From Zygophlyctis sp. KS116 (Eukaryota; Fungi; Chytridiomycota): a DNA stretch of 32,000 nucleotides. Shown piece after piece: positions 1 through 10,639 of this stretch. How positions within the stretch are numbered: the stretch's first letter is position 1; each line of letters begins with the position of its first letter. The DNA lies in assembly GCA_054661495.1 (NCBI GenBank), contig BAAFSQ010000032.1:1-32000 (forward strand), given 5' to 3'. The position numbers were made by a program, and so were the translations under genes. The notes beneath the pieces were generated by a model, which was not told the DNA's origin, ran no database searches, and was given only the letters and a program-made list of their open reading frames with translations.

Positions 1-540
1 CCTACTTGTTTAGGCCTCAAACTCAAACCTACACTGTCAATCACGTTCATCTGAACTGATCTGTCCCTCTACAATTCCTCTACAGAGCGTCTGGCGCGTT
101 TTGATCTTTTAAAGTCAGCCGGAGTTTCAGTTTTGATCTGTGTCTATCAGCCACCTTATCTGAGCTTGCTACAGAGAGGGATGAAGAGGTAGAGTGTCCA
201 AGGCATGGGGAGGAATAGAATGAGAACTAGAGGCACATTTGTTTGCGTAATGACCTTTTATGAAAAATGATTTCAGAGAGGGGACCCCATTTCCCTGTCT
301 GAGAAGCACCAAATCTAGGATTAGTTTTTTAGAGCATGACATTCTGGAGTCTAATGAGCTTCTTGAGGATGAAGGAGACAGGTGAGTGCTGCAGATGGCT
401 GAGACTTATTAGGCTCATCGCTAGAAAATGCGTCATATGATATAGCAGATTGTATCAGTCTTGAAATTTGGTAGGAGTACTGTTGAGTTTTATCACCTAC
501 CCCTAACCTGTCCAACAGAGACTCCAAAAGCCTCCGCTAT
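1..540 (-). mobile_element. Possible degenerate retrotransposon gag (zinc-knuckle) relic
   Basis: Visibly more GC-rich than the rest of the window and has no long ORF. The minus strand at 258-235 reads KGHYANKC, the second half of a CX2CX4HX4C knuckle. It is preceded in another frame by GPLSEII, with the CxxC half lost. Confidence 0.3.
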
Positions 541-665
541 CTTTATGACTGGAAGACTTTTTACTTGCGATTGGATGGTTGGTCTAAAGAAATAAAAAAT
601 TATTTAAGTTGATCATAGGATGATTTTCTACATTTCATTGATTCCGTGGCTAGGTCAGCTGGCGA

Positions 666-3172
666 ATGATTTTAGAAGCCGTTTTGATCATTTATGGAAT
701 ATCATTGAGCTTCCTGCTTATTAAGATAATCAGTGGTTCTAAAATTCAAGTTCATTTACGGACAAATGAAGAAGAGCCTCTTCTTCCTGAACTCACATCT
801 CCCCGCCCCCGAAGTCGCTTGGTAAAGTACATAACTTGCCTTGTTCTATTTATGGTTGGCATCTCTTGCATAACCGGATTCCTACAATTCTCATTTAACC
901 TCAGAGATGGTTTAATATTGCTATGCATTGACCATTTAATGCTAATTATATGGTTGATTATCGCAATTATAGTCTTGGGTCCCAATATGTCCGGATATTA
1001 TCATTCACTGTTTATCGTCAACGTTCTTTCACTAGTTTCACAATCCGTTTTGGTTGTATATTGGGTATTAACTATTATTGATATGCCCGGTAAATTATTG
1101 TGATTAAATGTTTACAGAAACGATTTTGGAAAGCAAAACCATCTTGATTCATTGTATTGTTGCATTTTCAGTTGAATTAGCGCAGTTAGTATCATGTTAC
1201 TCATTAATGGGTTCCAGATTTCAATCTGATGTAAATGACGATTCAAAATCCTCTATTGTGTCTACCTTTCGCAGAATAAAAAATTTGGTACCATTCTTGT
1301 GGCCGAAAGGATGGTATTTAAGGGGATTGGTCATGGCTTGCTATGGACTATTGATTTTAGGAAGATTTGTTAATGTGATGGTTCCGTTATCTTACAAACA
1401 TGTTATAGATGACTTAACAGTCGGATCGGTTTTTCCTTTGGCATCGTTAACTTTGTATACACTTTATAGATTTTTGCAAGGTATTATAGTCTTAGAGTTG
1501 GAGATTTTACTCTTATCAAGTGTACTTACTTTTAGGAGGCGTTGGGTTACTTAGTTCTTTACAAAACTTTTTATGGATTCCAATTGGTCAATATACTACT
1601 CGAGAAGTCTCTGTTAGAATGTTGGAGCATTTACATTCTTTATCCTTTGAATTTCATGTATTTCCATCGTTAGCTGAATTTAGATCAAACGCAAGACTGG
1701 GGAAGTTTTAAGAGTCATAGATAGAGGCACTTCCTCTATCGGATCACTCCTATCATATATATTTTTTAATATTGTTCCTGTTTTTGTTGATATTGGTGTC
1801 GCAGTAATTGTTTTTGTGTACATGTATGATTGGACACTTGCTATGATCGTATTTACCACGATGGCAGCGTATATATTTTTTACAATATGGATAACTGAAT
1901 GGAGAACTAAATTTCGTAGAGAAATGAATGATCTTGACACCGTGTCTCGAGGTCGTGCTGTCGACTCACTATTAAATTTTGAAACTGTAAAATATTATGG
2001 AAATGAGGCTTGGGAAGTCGCCGATTATGAAAGATCTATAATCGAGTACCAAAAGGCGGATTGGAAATCGAATGCAAGCTTGAATATTTTAAATACAGCT
2101 CAAAATATTGTTATAACCACCGGGTTATTTTTCGGATTATGGATATCTGCCAAGCGAGTATCCATTGGAATTCTTACCATTGGTGATTTTGTGGCTTTCA
2201 TTACGTATATATTACAATTATATCAACCTTTGAACTGGTTTGGGACTTATTATCGGGCGATTCAGCAAAATTTCATTGATATGGAAAAAATGTTGGACCT
2301 TCTTGAATCACATGAGTCAATAAAGGATTCCCCAAATGCGGTTGAATTGAAGGCGGATAAAGGTGGAAATATAGTTTTTGGTATATAATTCCCCTTTTTA
2401 AGTATTTAGAAAATGTTTGCTTCTCTTATGGTCAAAATAGTGGTGTAGTGGCACTTGACAATCTATCTTTTTCGGTACCTGCGGGCAAAAAAGTAGCTCT
2501 CGTGGGAACTTCTGGAGGAGGTAAAAGTACTATATTGCGGGTAATCACAACTATTTAAATATTAGCTTCTTTTCAGATTTTATGATGCACAATCTGGTCG
2601 TATTCTAATTGACGGACTAGATATAAAAGCAGTCACCCAGAAATCGCTTCGTAAAAATATTGGTGTAGTGCCACAAGATACTGTTCTTTTCAATGATACT
2701 ATTGAATTTAATATAAGATATGGAAATTTTAATGCCTCACAAGATGATATTATAAAAGTTTCAAAGGCAGCTCAAATTCATGACCGTATAATGTCTTTTC
2801 CTGAAGGTAAATTAACCTGACCTAAGAAAAGGTTATCAAACAAAGGTAGGCGAACGGGGGCTTAGATTATCAGGAGGTGAGAAGCAGCGTGTGGCTATCG
2901 CACGAACCTTCTTAAAAAACCCTCCTATTATTCTATTTGATGAAGCAACTTCTGCACTGGACAATGCTACAGAACTCAAAATACAGGAATCATTCCAAAA
3001 ACTATGCAAAGACCGAACAACACTAGTAGTTGCCCATCGCCTTACCACTATTATCGACTCTGACGAGATTCTTGTTTTAGATGATGGTAAAATCATAGAG
3101 CGTGGAAATCACCAAGAATTACTATCACTGGGAAACGTATATTATAACATGTGGATGAGACAAGCAGAATAA
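666..3172 (+). CDS. HMT1: ABCB6/HMT1-type half ABC transporter (heavy-metal tolerance) with N-terminal membrane extension
   Basis: Introns 1090-1117, 1481-1535, 1658-1683, 2381-2409, 2541-2565 and 2807-2831 join the ORFs in frame. The product contains [49 protein letters not shown], Walker [18 protein letters not shown] and Walker [12 protein letters not shown]. The exact start codon is uncertain. Confidence 0.92.
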
Positions 3173-3196
3173 ATGAATATCAAAATTTATATAGAA

Positions 3197-4416
3197 TTAA
3201 TATTTTATCTCCGGATATGCACTCATTATTTCTTTATAAGACATTCTTTTAGTTCGTAATTTGAGGAAATTGATTATTTCATCTTGAGTTTTCATATATG
3301 CAGGATCATCCTTTGAGCAGAGCTGTACTAGACATTTGGCCATTGTTTCATAATCTTTTATCATGAGTCTAAACCAGACTTCATGAAAATCAATATTCTT
3401 GAAAACAATAGATTTCTTTGAAGCATATTTTTGCTTTGATGCAATAAAAGATTCAGGGTGATCTTGCCAGTGTCTTATAGAATTTAAATGATGAGAAGTA
3501 TGATATCCGTCGTTAAAAGCGAGAGCATTATAAGTATTATTAATACATGTAATAGAAGAACGATAATCACATTTTGGATCATTAGCATCGACAAAAGCAT
3601 GCTGCCCCCAATTCCCAGACATCATTCCAAATCTCATCAAGAAAAATGGCACCCATAAAACACAAAAAACTCCAAGCCAATTTGAACTATACCAAGTAAG
3701 CAGAGAATAAGTAACATATGTCATTGTTTCACAAACCAAAACAGTGAGACCTGCTTTAAGCTGCTTCTTCTTAAAAAAGTACAATGACAATTCAATCCAA
3801 ACAAGAAAAAAAAAGCGACCAAAATATTTCAAAAAATCAAATATAGAATCCCTCTGATACGTCATTGTACTCGACAAATCCAGTGGTCCATTATCCTCTA
3901 CATGATGATGACGAACATGATGATCTTTAGAATTAAAATGCGTAAAAAATACAATAAAACGAATTCCAAGACTGTCCAAAAAACGGGGCCAGTACATAGT
4001 GTACCAATCCATCCAAGCCACTAATACTCTTTTTAAACAATGGCCTATGACAGACACAATGTAACATTAACACATATGGAGTTGCTTGCCCCACAATCAC
4101 CAAAACATGTATTACTAATTTTGTAATTGAAAAAGAGTAAATCAATGACGCAGCGCTAATCGGAACGGTCAACAGGGCACTATATATAAGAAATTATAAA
4201 ATACAAGATAATATGAGTCACAAAAATAACATCTCTTTTATCTCTCAGCAAAGACTGTGATAATTTCAGATATGATTTTAGCAACGGCTGTAATAGCATT
4301 GGAACCGCCTCGTTCGGAAACCAAGCAAAAGCTCTAATATGTTCTTCTACATCACCTTCCGGCATCTTGTCCAGACATGCGAGAACATCCTCATCTCTAA
4401 TAATTTTTCTTTTCAT
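3197..4416 (-). CDS. Membrane fatty acid desaturase superfamily protein
   Basis: Introns 4180-4204 and 3925-3952. The spliced protein has three His boxes (HCVCH, YHHVRHHH, DGYHTSHH) plus GNWGQHAF. Confidence 0.85.
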
Positions 4417-4582
4417 CTCGGAACTTGGACGCTGCGCCGGGCCTTGACTCAACGCTACTGATCATTATCTGTCCAGAGTCATCAGCTGTAATGATATTCT
4501 CTGTTACTCAGTATTTTAATTTTTTTTATTATTGCATTCATTGGAATTTACAAGCATCCACAACTAAAACTAAAACTTGGTT

Positions 4583-5140
4583 CTAATCATTGTGCGTATT
4601 CATGGTACTCCTGGCCCTGCAAATCACATCTTCATCCATTCCTAGAATCTCTGCAGCTAATAACACAGATGATGAATTTTGAGGATGTAGAAAAGGTAAA
4701 TGTAATTGATTTCTCCAAACAGAAGGACCTTCTTCTTCCAATAGTAATTTATGCATTAATGATAGTTTTTCCAGTATTTTGTAAAAAACAGATTCTGTTT
4801 TTAAAGTAATAGAATTAAGAGTATTTTGACTAATTTGTGTATTTTTACAGTCTTTATAAATTTTAGAAATTAGATCCTTTAATACGGCAGTAAAATTAGA
4901 ATCCAAATCAAAAGAATTCTGATCCCATAGAGTTGATCCCTTGGAATTAATTTCAAGATTCTTACAGGTAAAATATCTAGATCGTCTAGATTGTCTTGGC
5001 AAACTTGATCTTCATCATAAATTTCAACTTTTCTTGGATCAGTAGAATTAAAAATACTTTTTAAATTTAGGCCATGTCTCATCAGGCTCATCATTGTTAA
5101 TAAGGGAAAATACAGTTTCTAATCCACAATTGTCTTGCAT
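4583..5140 (-). CDS. Hypothetical protein (weak Rrn9-like motifs)
   Basis: ATG at 5140 with GT-AG introns 5033-5057 and 4940-4965 gives a continuous frame MQDNCGLETV...DETWPKF...SSVLLAAEILGMDEDVICRAR. Confidence 0.6.
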
Positions 5141-5142
5141 TC

Positions 5143-5295
5143 TTCAACTGTTGTTTTAGGGCTTGACTGTTCAACTGTTGAGCTATTTATGCAAGAGAAG
5201 AGGACCGATCCCAAGTTTTCCATTGTCAAGAATTCGCATTACCTGAACGGAATTCTAATCAACTGAACGGAATTCTAGTGAACGGCACTGAATGG
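5143..5295. promoter_or_regulatory. Bidirectional promoter with direct repeats (TTCAACTGTTG x2; CTGAACGGAATTCTA x2 plus partial copies)
   Basis: TTCAACTGTTG at 5143-5153 and 5170-5180; CTGAACGGAATTCTA at 5243-5257 and 5263-5277; TGAACGG at 5279-5285. These lie between divergent start codons. The regulatory role is inferred. Confidence 0.55.
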
Positions 5296-5309
5296 TTCGC
5301 GTCGTAAAA

Positions 5310-6786
5310 ATGTCAAAGTTTCTAAATTTTGTAAATTCTTCTCCGTCTCCATTCCATGCAGTGGAATCGGTTTCAAAGAGTCTAGTAGAGGCAGGTTTCA
5401 AGGAAATTTATGAAGGGAAATCATGGCAGTCTTTGCAAAAGGGATCGAAATACTTTTTTAAGCGAAATTCTTCTGCTGTAATCGCATTCTGTATTGGAGG
5501 AAAGTATGAGCCAGGAAATGGGTTTACAATCATCGGTGCTCATACAGATTCGCCTTGTTTAAAAATTAAACCAAAATCTAAAAAGGAAAAGGCTGGTTAT
5601 GATCAAGTTGGTGTAGAGACTTATGGTGGGGGATTGTGGAATACTTGGTTTGATAGAGACTTATCTGTTGCTGGAAGAGTTTTTGTTCATTCAAAGGATT
5701 CAATCTCGGAAAGATTAGTGCATATTAAACAGCCTATTCTTAGAATTCCTACTCTTGCTATACATTTGGATAGAGGTGTATCTGATGGATTCAAGTTTAA
5801 TAATGAAAATCAACTTTGTCCGATTTTACAATTGACTGAAAAGGCTATTAATTCGGACTCGGAAAAAGTTGATGGTATTCATCATTTATCATTGTTAAAG
5901 ATGATTGCAAGTGATTTAAATGTTCAAGGTATGTATTTTGCTCTTATTCAAATCAGTTGATCAAATTGGAGAATTTGAACTTTGTCTTTACGATACTCAG
6001 CCTGCAGTTATAGGTGGAGCAAAGAATGAATTTATATTTTCTTCACGTTTGGATAATTTAATGATGTCTTACTGCTCTATTTACGCTCTTTTGGAATCGT
6101 TAGGATCTCTTCAAGAAGATGATTGTATTCGGATAGTTGGTCTTTTTGATAATGAGGAAGTAGGAAGTACATCTTCTCATGGTGCAAACTCCAATCTCTT
6201 GGAGAGTACTATAAGAAGGCTTAGCGGCCTTACTTTTGGTTCTCAGTGGGTTGGTGAAACTACATCAGTATTTGAAAATAATTTCATTATTAGGAACTTT
6301 TTGATATCTCATTGTCTAAATCCTTCTTTATATCTGCGGATATGGCTCATTCAATTCATCCAAATTATTCTGAGAAACATGAAGATAACCATAGACCCCT
6401 TATGAATAAGGGACTAGTATTAAAGGAGAATGCTAATCAGCGATATGCTACTACATCACAAACTGTGACAATCATTCGCGAGCTTGCCAAAATAGCACAA
6501 GTACCCTTACAAGATTTTGTTGTTAGAAATGATAGTCCGTGTGGAAGCACTATCGGTCCAATGGTGAGTGCAAAGCTTGGAATTAAAACAATTGGTAATA
6601 CATGGTTTTTAATGGTTAGATGTTGGTAATCCTCAATTGTCAATGCATTCCATTCGTGAACAGTGCGGCGTCGATGACTCTGAACATGCTATCAAACTAT
6701 TCAAGGTATTTATTTACAGTTCCTGAATACAATAGGTTTTCTTTGATAAGTACAGCCAAGTATCTACAAAAATGAGATGTGATTAA
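5310..6786 (+). CDS. APE4: Aspartyl aminopeptidase (M18 family, DNPEP)
   Basis: SPSPFHAV, GAHTDSP, WFDRDL, RLDN, FDNEEVGS, SADMAH, PCGSTIGP and QLSMHSIRE motifs. Introns 5929-5956, 6268-6293, 6595-6619 and 6706-6735; stop TAA at 6784-6786. Confidence 0.95.
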
Positions 6787-8489
6787 CTTTCTGATCTAAT
6801 AAAATTTCACGGTGATTTGGGAAAATAGGCCCCAAATTTTCATGAGTTAGTATTACAAACGTAATGCCACGCTCCATAGCTTTGGTGAATAGTCTTTCAG
6901 TCATTTTCATTCCAATATGCACAGTGGCTTCATCTAAAAACGCAAACGAAGGTTTTCTCCACAGGACACGACAAAAAGCCAGCCTTTGTCTTTCACCACT
7001 GGACAGACAGAGTGTCCAGTCACTACTCTCCTGCCTGCTACGATTCTCATAATACAAATCCATTATACCTTCTAATTCACAATCAAGAATGATTTGTTGA
7101 TAATCCGCCTCCGACAACAAATCTCCAGGTTCTGGATATGTAATCTGATCTCTTACAGACCCATCATATACAAAGTACGGCTCTGAAGGCAAAAAACAAA
7201 TATCCATAGGTAACAAAATTTGACCAGATATTGGAGACCAAAATCCTCTTATAACTTTTAAAAGCGTTGTTTTTCCGCAGCCGGAAGATCCTGAAATGAT
7301 TACATGAGTACCTTGAACTAAATCAAAAGAGAGATTAACAATAAGAGGCTTGATTGCATTTGAATGCGCTCCAAAAGAGAGGTCAAAAACACCATATTTA
7401 TGATGCATTGAGACTACAGTAGGAACATCATGTCTGACATCCAATGAAAAATCATGAAAAGCAGATAGTAGATCACCAATTCTTAAACTGTATCCATTAA
7501 CTTCAGCAAATCTATTAGTGTAAAAAATTTGAATCATACTTATCAGCCAAATCTACAATTGAAGTGAATACGTTTAACAAGTAAAAAGAAATAAAAAGAT
7601 TCTTCCCAATAGTGGTACTATTTTTTTAGATTAATCTAGCTTACGCATCTGGTTCCACAGTACCCATAAAAATAGGCACTGCAACCACAGTATAGGATAT
7701 AAGTGTTCCAAGATAATCCAGAGTTCCAGTTAGAAATGACAGTAGCATTTGCCAGTAGATCAAATATCTTTGATATACCAAAAGATCATTTAATTTTGAA
7801 TCTAGCACATTTTTCTCTGCACTTGACCCATTTAAAAAATTCACAGAGTCTACTGAACTTAAAAGCCGAAGATGTACAAATCGTAGATCCCCTTCTTTTT
7901 GTTCTTTTTTTAAAATTATTTTAGATGTTGGATCTATAACAACCTTTGATATCATTAGTGAAACAAGGAAAAACAAAAATAAACTTAGAGGCGCGTTCCA
8001 TCCATCATCTTGAACCAGTCTTACTGTATAATAAATCATTAGCAGTGGAGAAATAACCACTTTTTCAAGTATATAACCTATAGATACTGATAACTTGTCT
8101 ACATCCTGAGTGATTCTTTGATCTGGATTATCTAATTCTAACATATTTAGATTTAAAAAGTTTTTCAAGAGACAAGAATGAAGATGAAGAGTTAAACATC
8201 TTCTAAAAAGTAATGAAAACAATCCTCCTGTCCAGTCCATTCCACTTTTACACAATGAAGCCCCGATTATTAATGCAAGCAAGATCAAGACCAGATTATA
8301 AAATCCATTAGAATTTTTTTGTTGTAGAACAGTATAAAATTCAGGTATTTTTGTCCCAATGTAAAATACAAATATTTGATAAAAAATTGAGAAAATGATT
8401 AAACCAATGTAAATCAAGAGAGATTTCTTTCCTTCTAGCCTTTGAATAATTTTCAAAATATCCCAAATTCTGAATCGCTTGTGCATCAT
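6764..8489 (-). CDS. ABCD-family half transporter, ABCD4-like (lysosomal cobalamin exporter family)
   Basis: DNPDQRITQDV, EGDLRFVH, Walker A GSSGCGKT, LSSGERQR and AFLDEAT. Introns 7618-7644 and 7512-7539 restore TIGKNLFISFYLLNVFTSIVDLADKFAEVNGYSLRI, typical of ABCD4. Start is approximate. Confidence 0.82.
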
Positions 8490-8761
8490 TGTCTAAATAT
8501 TTCTTACTTGGCAGACCTTGAACTTGTAGAAATGTTGTTATTTCTAATATTATCAAAGAATTATCACCTTATAAAATTAAAGTCTGCAAGTCTGGAGCAA
8601 AATGGTCTTGATCTGTTTTTGAAGACCAAAGATTATGTTTGACTAATAACATAGTATTTAATATGTAGTACTAAAGTACAGTGGCACAACGCCGTGACTG
8701 ACTCGCGAAATTGCCGATCCGATTGTTTAATTTAATGCCTGTGAAGAGGACTCTATTAGCA

Positions 8762-9556
8762 ATGACCAGAATGAAAATATGGTTTAGAGTAATTGTTGGA
8801 TTTGCAGTGTTTTTTATACTATTTTCTGTGATTGGAGGTAAATCTACAGACCAAAAAAGTCTAAACTCACCACACACAGTATTGATTGGTTTATTCACGC
8901 TTCCGAAAAAGTATGAAAGACGCATGCTCGTTCGGACGTTATATGGACAAATGTCAAGTCCATTGGCAAGATTATATTTTGTATTTTGTGAGCCTACGGA
9001 TTCTATAGTCAAAAAGGTGATCACTGCAGAAAAGAAATTATTCAAGGATATTATAATCTTGAAATGTAAAGAAAATATGGATGAAGGAAAGACATATTCC
9101 TTCTTTTCTTCTCTTCCAAGTCTATTTAAAGACTCTAAATTTGATTTTGTAATGAAGACTGATGATGATGTTTTCTTACATATTCCAAATTTAGTTTCTA
9201 AATTATCTAATCTTGGCTCAAAAGGAACTTACTTTGGAAGAATTGTAAATAATTATTTTATGGCTGGAATGGGATATGTTTTAAGTTGGGATTTAGTGGA
9301 ATGGATAGCAAATTCAGACTACGCAAATAGTCATAAAATCGGACAAGAAGATGCAGTATTGGCGTCTTGGCTCTATAATTCTGGATTATTAAAACATAAA
9401 GTTTCTGATGATAATTCTTTCTATGATGATCCAGATTCAAATCAAGGATGGTCAAAGCCGTATATTCCAGAAACTATACTTATTCATCGTTTAAAGGATA
9501 CAGATGCTTTTATAAAGGCAAATGTATATTTTATGGAGTCATATCTAAAGTTTTAA
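8762..9556 (+). CDS. GT31 beta-1,3-galactosyltransferase family protein (intronless, type II membrane anchor)
   Basis: N-terminal TM segment, ENMDEGKTY, FVMKTDDDVF (DxD), FMAGMGYVLSWDLV and EDA motifs. Confidence 0.9.
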   Translation: MTRMKIWFRVIVGFAVFFILFSVIGGKSTDQKSLNSPHTVLIGLFTLPKKYERRMLVRTLYGQMSSPLARLYFVFCEPTDSIVKKVITAEKKLFKDIIILKCKENMDEGKTYSFFSSLPSLFKDSKFDFVMKTDDDVFLHIPNLVSKLSNLGSKGTYFGRIVNNYFMAGMGYVLSWDLVEWIANSDYANSHKIGQEDAVLASWLYNSGLLKHKVSDDNSFYDDPDSNQGWSKPYIPETILIHRLKDTDAFIKANVYFMESYLKF

Positions 9557-9605
9557 TAAAGAGTCTCTAATAGAATATTTCTGTAGTACTCTTAGTTTTT
9601 TATTA

Positions 9606-10077
9606 TTACTTTCTGCAAGAGACCCATTCGCTCCATGATCCTTTATAATTTGAAACACTAGTATATCCTTTTGCAAAAGCTAATTCAGCTGCAGATTGCG
9701 ATCTAACACCAGAGAGACAATAAAAAATAATCTTTTCATCTTTATCTGGCTTTGAGATTCCATATTTAATCTTGAATTTATCCTCTGGTAATGCTAGAGC
9801 ACTTCCAAGTTGCCCAACTATTGTTTAATAAGTCTTACTTACGAGGGATATTTAATGCAGTTGGAATCATTCCCAAGACTACTTCATCTGGATTTCTTAC
9901 ATCTATCAATGAGAAATTTGGTTTTTTGAGAAGATCTATTAAAGAGTCTTTGGAGACAATTCCTACAGGTGCTAGATTTTGATAGTTTGAGTGTAATGCT
10001 GCCTTTTGTAATATTACAGCATTCAATCTCAGAGTATTATTTAGTGGACAAACCAGATTATATGAGACTCTAAACAT
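9606..10077 (-). CDS. Single-domain rhodanese with N-terminal mitochondrial-like presequence (copy B)
   Basis: LIDVRNPDE; intron 9818-9842; active-site loop FYCLSGVRS; C-terminal YKGSWSEW; N-terminal extension of about 35 aa with no acidic residues. Confidence 0.88.
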
Positions 10078-10124
10078 GATCACGATATATTTATCTAAAT
10101 TCTTGCTTAGATCCACTTTAAATC

Positions 10125-10490
10125 TTACAAGTGGGAGGACCATTCAGTCCATCCTCCCTTGTAATTTATAACATTGGTATATCCAGCGTCTGTTGCTATA
10201 ATGCACGCTTTTCCCGCTCTGTTGCCTGACTTGCAATAGATTACAATCTTATCAGACTTTAGAGGTTTAGAGAATCCATACTCTGCTTTAAATTCATTAT
10301 CGGACAATTGGAGTGCATCCGATAGATTGCTTACTTCAAATTAAGAAATATAATTACATGGAATAGTTTTTGCAGTTTCAATGATTCCCTGCTCAACCTC
10401 ATCAGGATTTCTCACATCCAGAAGAAGGAAATTAGGATTCTTGAGCATGGTCAACAATTCATCTCTTGACAGCAATTGGTTTTGACTCAT
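10125..10490 (-). CDS. Single-domain rhodanese without presequence (copy A)
   Basis: LLDVRNPDE; intron 10334-10357 at the same position as in copy B; active-site loop IYCKSGNRA; YKGGWTEW. Confidence 0.9.
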
Positions 10491-10639
10491 TTTTAAATGA
10501 AAAAGATTTAACTGCTGATAAGATTTATTTTCTCTATTAGTGATCAAAGTAGTAATTTCGGATTTCCTTGAAATATATAGAAATTCGACAAGGTTAGCAT
10601 TAGTTGTGGTCTGCCAGGTCATTGACCAAAAGTCATTTA

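Noticed and set aside
5243-5295. CRISPR-like repeat-spacer array
   Set aside because: Only two 15-bp copies with a 5-nt spacer, eukaryotic context, no cas genes.
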